A DNA stretch of 64,000 nt from Longimicrobiales bacterium (GTDB lineage Bacteria; Gemmatimonadota; Gemmatimonadetes; Longimicrobiales; Gaopeijiaceae), in the NCBI GenBank assembly GCA_965204735.1, contig OZ242008.1:1664001-1728000 (forward strand), given 5' to 3'. Under the pieces are notes generated by a model. The model saw nothing but the letters and a program-made list of their open reading frames with translations. It made no database searches and had not been told where the DNA came from. Both the position numbers and the translations under genes were made by a program. Position 1 is the stretch's first letter; each line of letters begins with the position of its first letter. Positions 21,256 through 29,586 of this stretch are shown here, piece by piece.

Positions 21256-22257
21256 TCAGCCCCGAGCGTCGGAGGCCGCCAGCAGCTGGTCTGCCAGCGC
21301 AACGATGTCGTCGTGCTTGACGATTTTGCGCCGCCACTCCTTGCGGATGCCCGTCACGCTGTAGTGGGCGCCGGCGAGCTGGCCGTACACGGCGCCGGTG
21401 GTGTCGGCGTCGTCGCCCAAGTTGACGGCCAGCAGTAGCCCGTCGTCGAAGTTCGTCGACTTGCTGAACGCCCAGAGCGCCGCCTCCATCGACTCGACCA
21501 CGTATCCCGTGCCCCTGATCTCTGACTCCGCCGCCGCCCCGCTCGGCCGCGTCTGGGACGGCGGCTCCTTCTCCTTGAACGACCCGCCGGCGACGCTCGC
21601 GATCCCGCCCCGCAGCGGATTCCGATCCCAAAGGCCGGCTTCGGGCGAGTACCCGCTCTCCAGCAGCGCTTCCTTCGTTTCGCCGGCGAGCGCGCCCACT
21701 ACGAGTCCCGCGTAGTACCGGCAGGCGTCCACGGCTTCCGCTGCAGCGTGCGTCGTCTTCGAGCTGGCGGCGGCGCGTTCGACGGCCTCGCTCGGCGTGC
21801 GCGCGAAGAACATCGGCACCGGAGCCAGGCGCATCAGGGAACCGTTGCCGGCGGTCATCGGGTCCGTCGAGCCGGCCCACGGGTCGCCCGTCCGCTCGAA
21901 CTTGGAGATGGCGGCGCGGGTGGCGTTTCCGACGTCGGGCGGCTCTTGGTCGCGAGGAGTCATGTAGCCCTCGCGAAGCCAGCGCACGTACCGGTTCATC
22001 TGGTCTTCGGGGTCGAAGCGGTCGCATTCGACGAGGCTGGCCGCCAGGCAGAGGGCCATGGAGGTGTCGTCGGTCCATTCGCCCGGGCGGAGTTGCCAGC
22101 AGCCGCCTCCGATCATGTCCTCCAGCGGCGGGAAGGTGCCCGGGGGCTTGAACTCCAGCGTCGCTCCCAGGGCGTCGCCGACCGCCAGGCCCAGGAGGCA
22201 GCCGCGGTACCGGTCGCGCCGCAGAGCCGCGGCGTCGAGGGGGGTCGTCGGCGTCAT
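21256..22257 (-). CDS. ADP-ribosylglycohydrolase (DraG/ARH family)
   Basis: GLAVGDALG, WTDDT, AGNGSLMR and NLGDDADTTGAVYGQLAGA motifs. ATG 22257 overlaps the upstream stop (ATGA). Confidence 0.9.
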   Translation of the reverse strand: MTPTTPLDAAALRRDRYRGCLLGLAVGDALGATLEFKPPGTFPPLEDMIGGGCWQLRPGEWTDDTSMALCLAASLVECDRFDPEDQMNRYVRWLREGYMTPRDQEPPDVGNATRAAISKFERTGDPWAGSTDPMTAGNGSLMRLAPVPMFFARTPSEAVERAAASSKTTHAAAEAVDACRYYAGLVVGALAGETKEALLESGYSPEAGLWDRNPLRGGIASVAGGSFKEKEPPSQTRPSGAAAESEIRGTGYVVESMEAALWAFSKSTNFDDGLLLAVNLGDDADTTGAVYGQLAGAHYSVTGIRKEWRRKIVKHDDIVALADQLLAASDARG

Positions 22258-22853
22258 GCTTCTTGGACGTTCGGCTGCGCCGTCAGGGCGGCCAGCACCG
22301 GCGCCACGGCGTCCTCGGCCAGCGCTTTGAGCTCGTCGGCCGTGCGGTTCTGCACCGGGTGGGACGCCCATACGATCGCGGGGTCGAAGCCGAGGGAACG
22401 GGACTGGTGGGCGGCGGCGTCCCGGAACGCAGTGGTGGCGACGAGGACGCCGGGCACGCCCCGGTCGTCGAGCTCCTTGATGTCATGCAGACCGCATGAT
22501 GTGCAGGAGCCTCAATCGGCCAGCGCCTCCACCACCACGTCGGCGCCGGCGGCGATCCGGGCCACGAGGGCGGGTGCGGCGGGCTTGGCGTTGGTGGGCT
22601 TGGCGAAGCGGCGCACGACGACGCCCCGCGCCCGAAGCCGGGTCTCCAGGTGGTCGAGGAACTCGTCGGAGCGGGACTTGCCCAGGTCGAAGAGGCCCAC
22701 GGTCTTGCCGTCCAAGGAGGCCGGCGGGGGGACGCGGGGGCGGACCACGGGCGCGGTCTCGGAGGTGGGGTCGTGGAGAACGGCGGCGGAGCCGAAGCCG
22801 GGGCCGGACTCCGGGACGGACGCGGCGGAGCGGGGCGGGGGCAGGGTCGTCAT
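22254..22853 (-). CDS. UGSC-family selenoprotein (199 aa, Sec at codon 114)
   Basis: The end of ORF 22512..24248 (...VVEALAD) and ORF 22254..22457 are in the same frame and separated only by TGA at 22514-22512. Readthrough gives ALAD-U-GSCTSCGLHD. ATGA overlaps at both ends, and a SECIS follows the TGA. Confidence 0.9.
22472..22510 (-). promoter_or_regulatory. Bacterial SECIS element
   Basis: mRNA after UGA reads G GCUCCU GCACA UCAUGC GGUCU GCAUGA CAUCA AGGAGC. Lower stem GCUCCU/AGGAGC, upper stem UCAUGC/GCAUGA, apical loop GGUCU. Confidence 0.85.
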
Positions 22854-24280
22854 TCGTCGATCTCCTTGGTGACGGGGTGGGATTCCTTGTGGGCTCGGCC
22901 CCCCGGCCAGCCTGCGAGCACGGCGGAGAAGAGCCCGGCGGGACCCCCGGCGCGGACGACCAGCAGGCCTCCGTCCCGGAACTTGGGAACGTTCCCGCCC
23001 GCTCGCGAGGGCGGCGCTCCCTCGGCCACGCCTCCCGCGCCCGCGACCACCTGCGAGCCGGGAAGCATCAGCCGCTCGTGGAGCGCCGCGACGACCTCCG
23101 CGCGGCCCCAGCCGGCCTCCCGGAAGATGGCGTAGTGCTCCGGCGAGAGCACCAGCACGGCGGGCGCCCACTCGCACAGCTTGGGGTGTCCCACGGCCCG
23201 CAACGCCATCGCAAGGGAGCGGGCGAGCTCGTCGGGCGCGCGGGAGCGCTGGTCGGTGACGCCCTGGATGCCGTCGCCGGCGAAGAGGGTGACGGCGCTC
23301 CGCCCAGGCCTTGCGCCCCGGGAGACGGAGAGAGGCTGCCAACTCGGGTCCGACTCGTCTTCCGCGAAGCAGAAGGTGTACTTGCCGGGGCCGCCCAAGG
23401 TAGCCCGGTCGATCTCGCCGGGCCTGCCCCCGCCGACGTTGCGCACGATCAGGTTGAGCGCCCTGCCGATAGTCGCATTCGCTCGGTTCCCCTGGCCCAG
23501 GGCGTTGAGGCCCGCGTTCATGCCGATGCGCCGGGCGACGGGGCCGTTCACGATCACCACGGGGCTGGCGAAGCAGGTGCTGCACGTGACTCCGTGAAGG
23601 GTGAAGCCGGGTTCCAGCGCCGCCTCGAGGGCGGTCAGGACCACGGGCATGTACTCGGGACGGCATCCGGCCATGACGGCGTTGATCGCCGCCTTCTCCA
23701 CGGTGCACGGCGCCATCTTCGGCGGCACGCGGCCCACGACTTCTGCCGGGCTGCGGCTCGTCCCCTCCAGCATTCGAAGGATGCGCTCCGGCGTTGGGGG
23801 GACGACGGGGAGACCGTCGGTCCAGCCCCGGTCGTAGCACGTCTCCACCGGGTCGGCGAAGGGGGGCGCCTCCACGGTCCGCGCGCGGATGCCGGTCTCG
23901 CCGAAGCGCGCCCGCAACGCCTCGCGGACCCCGGGCTCCACCGAGCGGGAGCCGCAGCCGGGCCGGTGCTCGGGAAGGTCGGCGGCAAGGTGGTCCATCC
24001 CGACGAGCCTTCGCCATTCGTCGCGGTTCCAGCCCACGCTCCGACCGGCCTCCGCGTCTCCCTCCCAGCGGACGAGAGTGGGCACGGTCTCGACCCCCAG
24101 GCGGTACGACCGCTCCAGCCCACGGTCGTCGGCCTTGGCCACGGCGTCGCCCAGGAAGGCTCCGTCGTCCTGCCAGTAGACGACCAGCTCGCGTCCGGCG
24201 TCGGCGATCGCGGTCAGCGCCGGCGCGACCAAGCGGCAAGTCTCGCACTCGTTCTTGACGACGGCGGCGAAGCGGGTCAC
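22850..24280 (-). CDS. Thioredoxin-like (CxxC) domain protein, partner of the UGSC selenoprotein
   Basis: GTG 24280 with GAGGAGG RBS. N-terminal VKNECETC...VETVPTL (thioredoxin fold with cis-Pro motif), then a large domain with GWTDGLPVVPPT, AINAVMAGC, GNRANATIGRALNL and a second CSTC motif. Confidence 0.8.
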   Translation of the reverse strand: MTRFAAVVKNECETCRLVAPALTAIADAGRELVVYWQDDGAFLGDAVAKADDRGLERSYRLGVETVPTLVRWEGDAEAGRSVGWNRDEWRRLVGMDHLAADLPEHRPGCGSRSVEPGVREALRARFGETGIRARTVEAPPFADPVETCYDRGWTDGLPVVPPTPERILRMLEGTSRSPAEVVGRVPPKMAPCTVEKAAINAVMAGCRPEYMPVVLTALEAALEPGFTLHGVTCSTCFASPVVIVNGPVARRIGMNAGLNALGQGNRANATIGRALNLIVRNVGGGRPGEIDRATLGGPGKYTFCFAEDESDPSWQPLSVSRGARPGRSAVTLFAGDGIQGVTDQRSRAPDELARSLAMALRAVGHPKLCEWAPAVLVLSPEHYAIFREAGWGRAEVVAALHERLMLPGSQVVAGAGGVAEGAPPSRAGGNVPKFRDGGLLVVRAGGPAGLFSAVLAGWPGGRAHKESHPVTKEIDE

Positions 24281-24391
24281 AAGCGGGCGCTTCCTCCTCG
24301 CGACGGCGGAGCGGACGTGTCCTCCTGCACGATCACAAGTCGTCGGCGTCGTCCGCGTTGTCAAGGAAGCCGGCGTCGGCGATCAGCAGCC

Positions 24392-24467
24392 CGTCCAAGC
24401 ATATGCACATCCGTCCAGCATATGCGCTGTCACTCGGCACATGATCAGCTGTTCAGCACATGCGCAC
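24392..24467. repeat. Four degenerate 19-bp tandem units with GCAYATG core
   Basis: GCATATGC at 24399 and 24418, GCACATGA at 24437, GCACATGC at 24456: exact 19-bp period. Confidence 0.75.
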
Positions 24468-24524
24468 CCGTGCACAGCCTGGGCGCCGTCTGGAACGGGC
24501 GGCCGCTCGCCGCGCCGACCGGTC

Positions 24525-27347
24525 CTACCCGATCCAGTAGCTCGCCTTGACCATGAACACGTCCTGGCTGGGCTGGCCGAGAAGGGCGCTCACGTCGTCG
24601 CCCAGGGAGAACTCGCCCGTCTGGTCGTAGTGGTTGCGCCCCTGCGACCACACCAGGAAGACCGCCGAGCCGGGCTTGTACTCCCAGCGCAGGACCGCGT
24701 TGGAGCGGAACTGCTTGAAGTTGAAGTCCGGGTTGCGGAAGGAGTCGGACGCTCCGTCGCCGTCCACGTCGCCGTGCAGGGTCCCGCCTTCGTCGCCGAC
24801 GGCCACGGCGGCGAACCGGTCGGCGTAGTGCTCCGCCCGGGGGTCGGTGATGCTCTTGAAGTGGTCGTAGTCGCCTGCGGAGACGAAGGGCTGCGCGTAG
24901 AGCTGCAAGGACAGGGTCGGCGAAAACGTCCAGTCGGCGCGGACCGTCAGCCCGACGGTGGTCTGGTCGAGCCGCCCGAAGAGGTAGTGGGCGCCGAGAG
25001 GCGCGTCGGCGCCGTCGGGGGCTTGCGGGCCGAGCCGCCGCACCCACTGAAGGTCCTCTGCTCGCCAGCGGACGGACGGACCGGCGGACACGGTGGCCCG
25101 CGACGACGGGCGCCAGCGGATCGAGGCGTTCGTGCCGAAGCTCCACGATCCGCTCTCCGGGCGCGCCTCCCACTGGTTGTTGGTGTTGAAGGAGAGCTGC
25201 TTCCGGGAGTCCGACCAGAAGCCGAACCAGCCGCCCCAGGCTCCGTCCCGGCGCAGCATCGGACCGCCGCGCAGCGCCGTGTTGGTGAGGCCGTCCGAGT
25301 TGCGCCTCACGCCGGCGTAGCCGCCCCAGAAGTTCTTGAGGGTGAAGCTGCCGCTGACGTTGCCGCCCCTGCTGAAGTGCTCGCCGCCGAAGCTGTACGC
25401 GTCCCAGGCGTTGAGGTTCAGGTTCCACCGCTGGAAGCGTTCCGTCGCCTTGTAGTGGTTGTAGCCGGCCCACAGCCAAGGGTTGACGAAGTCGGACTCG
25501 CGCATGAAGCCCAGGTCGTTGGCGTCGAATCCGGGGGAGCGGGCCACGACCCCGCCGCCGTAGCGCCAGTAGCCTCCCGAGATCTTGGAGAAGGATGCGG
25601 AGCCGGCCCACCCGTCCAGGGAAGTGCGGGCGGGGTCCAGCTCGACGTGGTCGGCGTCGGGCCGCTGGAAGTAGCGCGCGGGCGACCGCTGAGTGCGCTC
25701 GATCGCTTCCGCGGAGCCCCTCACGGTGGAGCCCAGCAGGTAGCCGGAAACGACGAAGCGGTCGCCGCCGAAGCGGTGGCGGGCGTCGAAGCCGCCGGCG
25801 TACGCCTGGCCGTGAAGCCTCAGATTGCCTGCGGAGGCGCCGTCCCGGACGGTCCACGTGGAGATGGCGCCGACCGCGCTCTTGCCGTCGCGGAAGTCCT
25901 TGCTGACGCGCCCGACTCCGTAGTGGGCCGCAGGCTCGACGACCTCGTCGCCCAAGGGGCCGGAGGCGTCGGCGCGGCGCGCCGTCTCGTTTCCGGCAAG
26001 GGCGTGGAGGAAGCCCAGCGACCAGCCGGAGCGCGTCTTGCCGGAGAGCTTGGCCGCGCCCAGGATGCGCGTCTGCTCCGGGGCGTCGGCGTACGCGGCC
26101 GACGAGGGCCGTCCCTGGGGCGGGCGGCCGATCCGGCGGGAGTAGAAGAGCCCCTCGCTGGCCTGGTCGCCGTCGCCCGGCGAGAAGCCGAAGGCGAAGA
26201 TGTTCGCCCCTTCCACGAAGAACGGCCGCCGTTCCGGGAAGAACGTCTCGAAGGCGCTCAGGTTGACCTGGGCCGGGTCCGCCTCCACTTGGCCGAAGTC
26301 CGGGTTGATCGCGAGGTCCAGCGTCAGGTCGGTGGTGATGCCGTACTTCACGTCCGCCCCCACCGCCGAGGAGAAGTCCCGCGGGTCGTAGAACGGGTTC
26401 GCGGCTTCGCCGGGGGCGCTCTCCAGCCGAAGCAGGGAGTAGGGGAGCACCTCCAGACGCCGTGGGGGCGAGAGGTCCCGCAGCCCTTCCAGGTCGCCGA
26501 AGCGGGAGACCAGCGCCCCGTCGCCTCGGGAGATCGGCGCCCAGAGGCTGACCTCCAGGTGGCGGGCAATCGTGCGCACGAAGTTGATCCCCCACGTCTG
26601 GCGGCCCGCCCCGTCGAAGCGCAGCTGGGAGTAGGGGATGCGGAACTCGGCGGTCCACCCCTGGGCGTCCACGGCCGTGGCCACGTCCCACACCGCGTCC
26701 CACGAGACGTCCTCGCGCACGTCGTCGTACATGTAGATGTCCCGCTTCACGCCTGCCGGGTTGACGGAGAAGCGGAACGCCGTTCGCCGGTCGTGGTAGC
26801 TGTCGATCACCACGTCCACCCAGTCCGAGTGGGGGTTCTCGTCTCGTCGCGCCAGCCGGGACTCGATCGAGTCCGGGGACGTGTCGAATGCCCGAATGCC
26901 CACGTAGACCGCTTCGTCTCCGTAAAGGACCCGGGCCTCCGTTCTCTGGGAAGGCGCCTCGCCCTCGTTGGGCTGGAAGACCACGAAGTCGCCGGCGGCC
27001 ATCGCGGTCGCCCAGTCGGCCTCGTCCAGCGCTCCGTCGATGGAGGGCGCCGGCCCGACGAGCCGGGTCGCCTGCAAGACCGGGGGCTGGGCCGGGCCGC
27101 CTGCCGTCCCTCCGCTGCTGCCGCTCCCCTCGGCTTCCTGCTCCTGGCCGCGGGCGTCGGCGGGGGCCACGCTCAAGGCCGCGGCCAACGCTACCGCGGC
27201 CCCCGTCGCCGCGGTCGTCGCCCACTTTGCCGCCGTGCGCGCCGCCGCCGTCGCCGCTCCGGCCGTCTCGCCTGCTGTTGCCGCCGCCCCGCTTGCCGCT
27301 CCCGCCGCCCGCCGTCCTCGCGTCCGCACCGATCCCGTCTTCCTCAC
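24525..27347 (-). CDS. DUF5916 / carbohydrate-binding family 9-like domain outer-membrane protein
   Basis: IDGALDEADW, FSVNPAGV.RD, WTAEFRIPYSQLRF, NPDFGQVEADP and FFPERRPFFVEG motifs, with a barrel-type end FMVKASYW. GGAGGAG RBS. Confidence 0.8.
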   Translation of the reverse strand: MRKTGSVRTRGRRAAGAASGAAATAGETAGAATAAARTAAKWATTAATGAAVALAAALSVAPADARGQEQEAEGSGSSGGTAGGPAQPPVLQATRLVGPAPSIDGALDEADWATAMAAGDFVVFQPNEGEAPSQRTEARVLYGDEAVYVGIRAFDTSPDSIESRLARRDENPHSDWVDVVIDSYHDRRTAFRFSVNPAGVKRDIYMYDDVREDVSWDAVWDVATAVDAQGWTAEFRIPYSQLRFDGAGRQTWGINFVRTIARHLEVSLWAPISRGDGALVSRFGDLEGLRDLSPPRRLEVLPYSLLRLESAPGEAANPFYDPRDFSSAVGADVKYGITTDLTLDLAINPDFGQVEADPAQVNLSAFETFFPERRPFFVEGANIFAFGFSPGDGDQASEGLFYSRRIGRPPQGRPSSAAYADAPEQTRILGAAKLSGKTRSGWSLGFLHALAGNETARRADASGPLGDEVVEPAAHYGVGRVSKDFRDGKSAVGAISTWTVRDGASAGNLRLHGQAYAGGFDARHRFGGDRFVVSGYLLGSTVRGSAEAIERTQRSPARYFQRPDADHVELDPARTSLDGWAGSASFSKISGGYWRYGGGVVARSPGFDANDLGFMRESDFVNPWLWAGYNHYKATERFQRWNLNLNAWDAYSFGGEHFSRGGNVSGSFTLKNFWGGYAGVRRNSDGLTNTALRGGPMLRRDGAWGGWFGFWSDSRKQLSFNTNNQWEARPESGSWSFGTNASIRWRPSSRATVSAGPSVRWRAEDLQWVRRLGPQAPDGADAPLGAHYLFGRLDQTTVGLTVRADWTFSPTLSLQLYAQPFVSAGDYDHFKSITDPRAEHYADRFAAVAVGDEGGTLHGDVDGDGASDSFRNPDFNFKQFRSNAVLRWEYKPGSAVFLVWSQGRNHYDQTGEFSLGDDVSALLGQPSQDVFMVKASYWIG

Positions 27348-27441
27348 CTTGCCGCTCCTCCCGTCGCCTGTACTTGTCTATCGAGAATCCGGCGCGGCGC
27401 CTCTTGCCCGCACCGGCGAACCGCAACCTTGGACGAAGGAA

Positions 27442-28551
27442 ATGAGCAGAAAGTTGCGACCGCGCCCCGGCGTGGCCTCGCGGTTCTTCAAGGCCCACGG
27501 CCAGGGAAACGACTATCTGGTGTTCGACGAGGGCCCGGGCCCGGCGCTGTCGCCGGCGCTGGTTCGGCGGATCTGCAGCCGGCGAAGAGGCGTCGGGGCC
27601 GACGGGGTCGTGGTGGTGGAGGCGGCCGCTCTGGGGGCCGAGGCGGGGCTCCGGATGTTCAACCCGGACGGGGGCGAGTTCGAGCGGAGCGGCAACGGGC
27701 TGCGCATTGCCGGGGTCTACCTGCGGCGGGAAGGGCGGTCGCCCCGCGGGTCGTTCCCGGTGGTGGTCGGTGGAAGCGCGTCGGGAGGCGACCGCGTGGT
27801 GCTCGAGGTGGACGGGCCGGGGGCCGACAGGACGTGGGACGTGCGGGTCGAGATGGGGCGCGCCGACTTCCCGGAAGGGCCGCCGTTCGTGGCGCCGGGC
27901 CGAGTGCGGAAGGGGGGACGGGTCGTGCTCGGGCTGGGCCGCCGGGCCCTGCCGGGGTCGGGGCCGTCGAGACGGGAGCCCGGGCGGGAGCCGCGTCGCG
28001 AGCAGGAAGCGCGGCTGGAGCTCGAGGCCGTTCCGGTGGCGGTGGGCAACCCGCACGCCGTGATCTTCGGGGACGCGCCGTGGGGCGGGGACGAAGTGGG
28101 GCGGCTGGGGCCGCTGGTCTCTGCTCACGAAGCGTTTCCCGAGGGGACCAACGTCCAGTTCGCGTGGGTTCCCGAGCGCGGGCGGGCCGCGGGCGACGGC
28201 ATCCGGGCCCCCGCCGAGGCGTCGGAAGAGGCGGCGGGCGGCCCTCAGGAGGGCGCCGTGTCCGTTGCGATCTGGGAGCGAGGCGTGGGGCGCACCGAGT
28301 CGTCGGGAACGTCGGCGTGCGCCGCGGCGGTGGCGGCGGTGCGGGAGGGGATGCTGCCGCCGGGTCCCGTGAGGGTCGAGATGGAGGGCGGCGCCATGGA
28401 GGTGGAGGTGGGAGCCGACTGGGCGGTGCGCTTGCGAGGGCCCGTGGAGGAGGTGTGCGTCGGCGAGCTGTCGGAGACTTTCCTGTCGGAGTCCCGACCG
28501 CCCGAGGCGTCAGGTGCGGACCCGAGCTTGAAGGACCAGGCCGGTCGCTAG
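27442..28551 (+). CDS. dapF: Diaminopimelate epimerase family protein (Ser/Ser active-site variant)
   Basis: FFKAHGQGNDY, GVGADG, FNPDG, VGNPHAV, FPEGTNV and WERGVG motifs. Both catalytic Cys positions are Ser (RSGNG, SSGTS). Confidence 0.85.
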   Translation: MSRKLRPRPGVASRFFKAHGQGNDYLVFDEGPGPALSPALVRRICSRRRGVGADGVVVVEAAALGAEAGLRMFNPDGGEFERSGNGLRIAGVYLRREGRSPRGSFPVVVGGSASGGDRVVLEVDGPGADRTWDVRVEMGRADFPEGPPFVAPGRVRKGGRVVLGLGRRALPGSGPSRREPGREPRREQEARLELEAVPVAVGNPHAVIFGDAPWGGDEVGRLGPLVSAHEAFPEGTNVQFAWVPERGRAAGDGIRAPAEASEEAAGGPQEGAVSVAIWERGVGRTESSGTSACAAAVAAVREGMLPPGPVRVEMEGGAMEVEVGADWAVRLRGPVEEVCVGELSETFLSESRPPEASGADPSLKDQAGR

Positions 28552-29586
28552 GAAGAGGACGTTGGGGGCCCAGGCGGCCCAGAACGGCGAGAGGACGCCG
28601 GTCACCCCCACCGCCGCGAAGAAGCGCATGAGGATCATGTAGAGGAGCGTCGAGCCGAGGGACGCGCCGATCCCGAAGGCCGCGCCGCCCTTCTTGGCCG
28701 TGGTGGCCAGAGGAGCGCCGAAGACGACGATGATCAGCGTCGCGGCGGGGATCGACAGCTTCTGGTGCTGCTTGACCAGCAGTCCCCTGGGGTCGCCCCC
28801 GGAGCGGCCGACCGCCGCGGCGTGTCTGCCCAGCTGCCGGTAGGACATCTCCTCTTCCTCGCGAGGCTCCTCCAGCAGGTCCTCCGGCGTGACGGCGAAG
28901 CGCAGGGGCCGGTAGCGCTCGAAGGCGTAGGCGGACTCCTCGCCGCCCGGCTCCACGAGGCGGAAGTATCCCTCCTGGAAGGTCCATCCCGCGTCGGTGC
29001 TCCACTCCGCTCGAGACGACCAGACGTGACGCAGGTTCCCGTCTCCGTCTCGGCTCTCCATCAGCACGCCGTCGCTCATCGTCCCCGTGGAGACGTAGAG
29101 CTGGCCCACGGTCAGCACGGCGTCGTCCTCGGTCTGGTGCACGAAGCTGCTGCGCCACTCCCGCCGCACCTCGCGCTCGCCCAGCACCTCCGCCGCCTTC
29201 CGGTTGGCGGCCGGGACCACGGTGTCCAAGAGGAACGCGCCGACGGTCATCACCGCGCCCATCGCCCACACGGGCGCGATCAGCCGATGGAAGGAGATGC
29301 CGCCGCTCTTGGCCGCCATGATCTCCCGGTGGGTGGTCATGGACTGGACCGTGAAGACGGCCGCGACCATCCCCGCCAGGGGCGCCGACCACACCGCGAA
29401 GTGGGGGTACTGAAGGAGGTAGCCCAGGCCGATCTCGGCGAGCGTGAGGGGGTCTTCCCGGTCCAGGTAGGTGTTGAACCGCTCCGAGAGGTCGCCGATG
29501 ATCCACACCACGGGCAGCGCCAGCACGGTCAGGACGAAGATGCCGGTGAAGGCGGTGCCGACCATGCGGTCCAAGGTGCGGTTCAC
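28510..29586 (-). CDS. lptG: LPS export ABC transporter permease LptG
   Basis: GTG 29586 overlaps the lptF stop. YjgP/YjgQ pattern (EIMAAKSGGIS, AAWAPNVLF). The 3' end overlaps the convergent dapF by 42 nt. Confidence 0.8.
   Translation of the reverse strand: MNRTLDRMVGTAFTGIFVLTVLALPVVWIIGDLSERFNTYLDREDPLTLAEIGLGYLLQYPHFAVWSAPLAGMVAAVFTVQSMTTHREIMAAKSGGISFHRLIAPVWAMGAVMTVGAFLLDTVVPAANRKAAEVLGEREVRREWRSSFVHQTEDDAVLTVGQLYVSTGTMSDGVLMESRDGDGNLRHVWSSRAEWSTDAGWTFQEGYFRLVEPGGEESAYAFERYRPLRFAVTPEDLLEEPREEEEMSYRQLGRHAAAVGRSGGDPRGLLVKQHQKLSIPAATLIIVVFGAPLATTAKKGGAAFGIGASLGSTLLYMILMRFFAAVGVTGVLSPFWAAWAPNVLFLATGLVLQARVRT

Noticed and set aside
22512..22514. Nonsense mutation making the UGSC gene a pseudogene
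   Set aside because: The TGA sits in a redox motif position (UxxC), is followed by a correctly placed SECIS hairpin, and the frame continues intact to a coupled stop.
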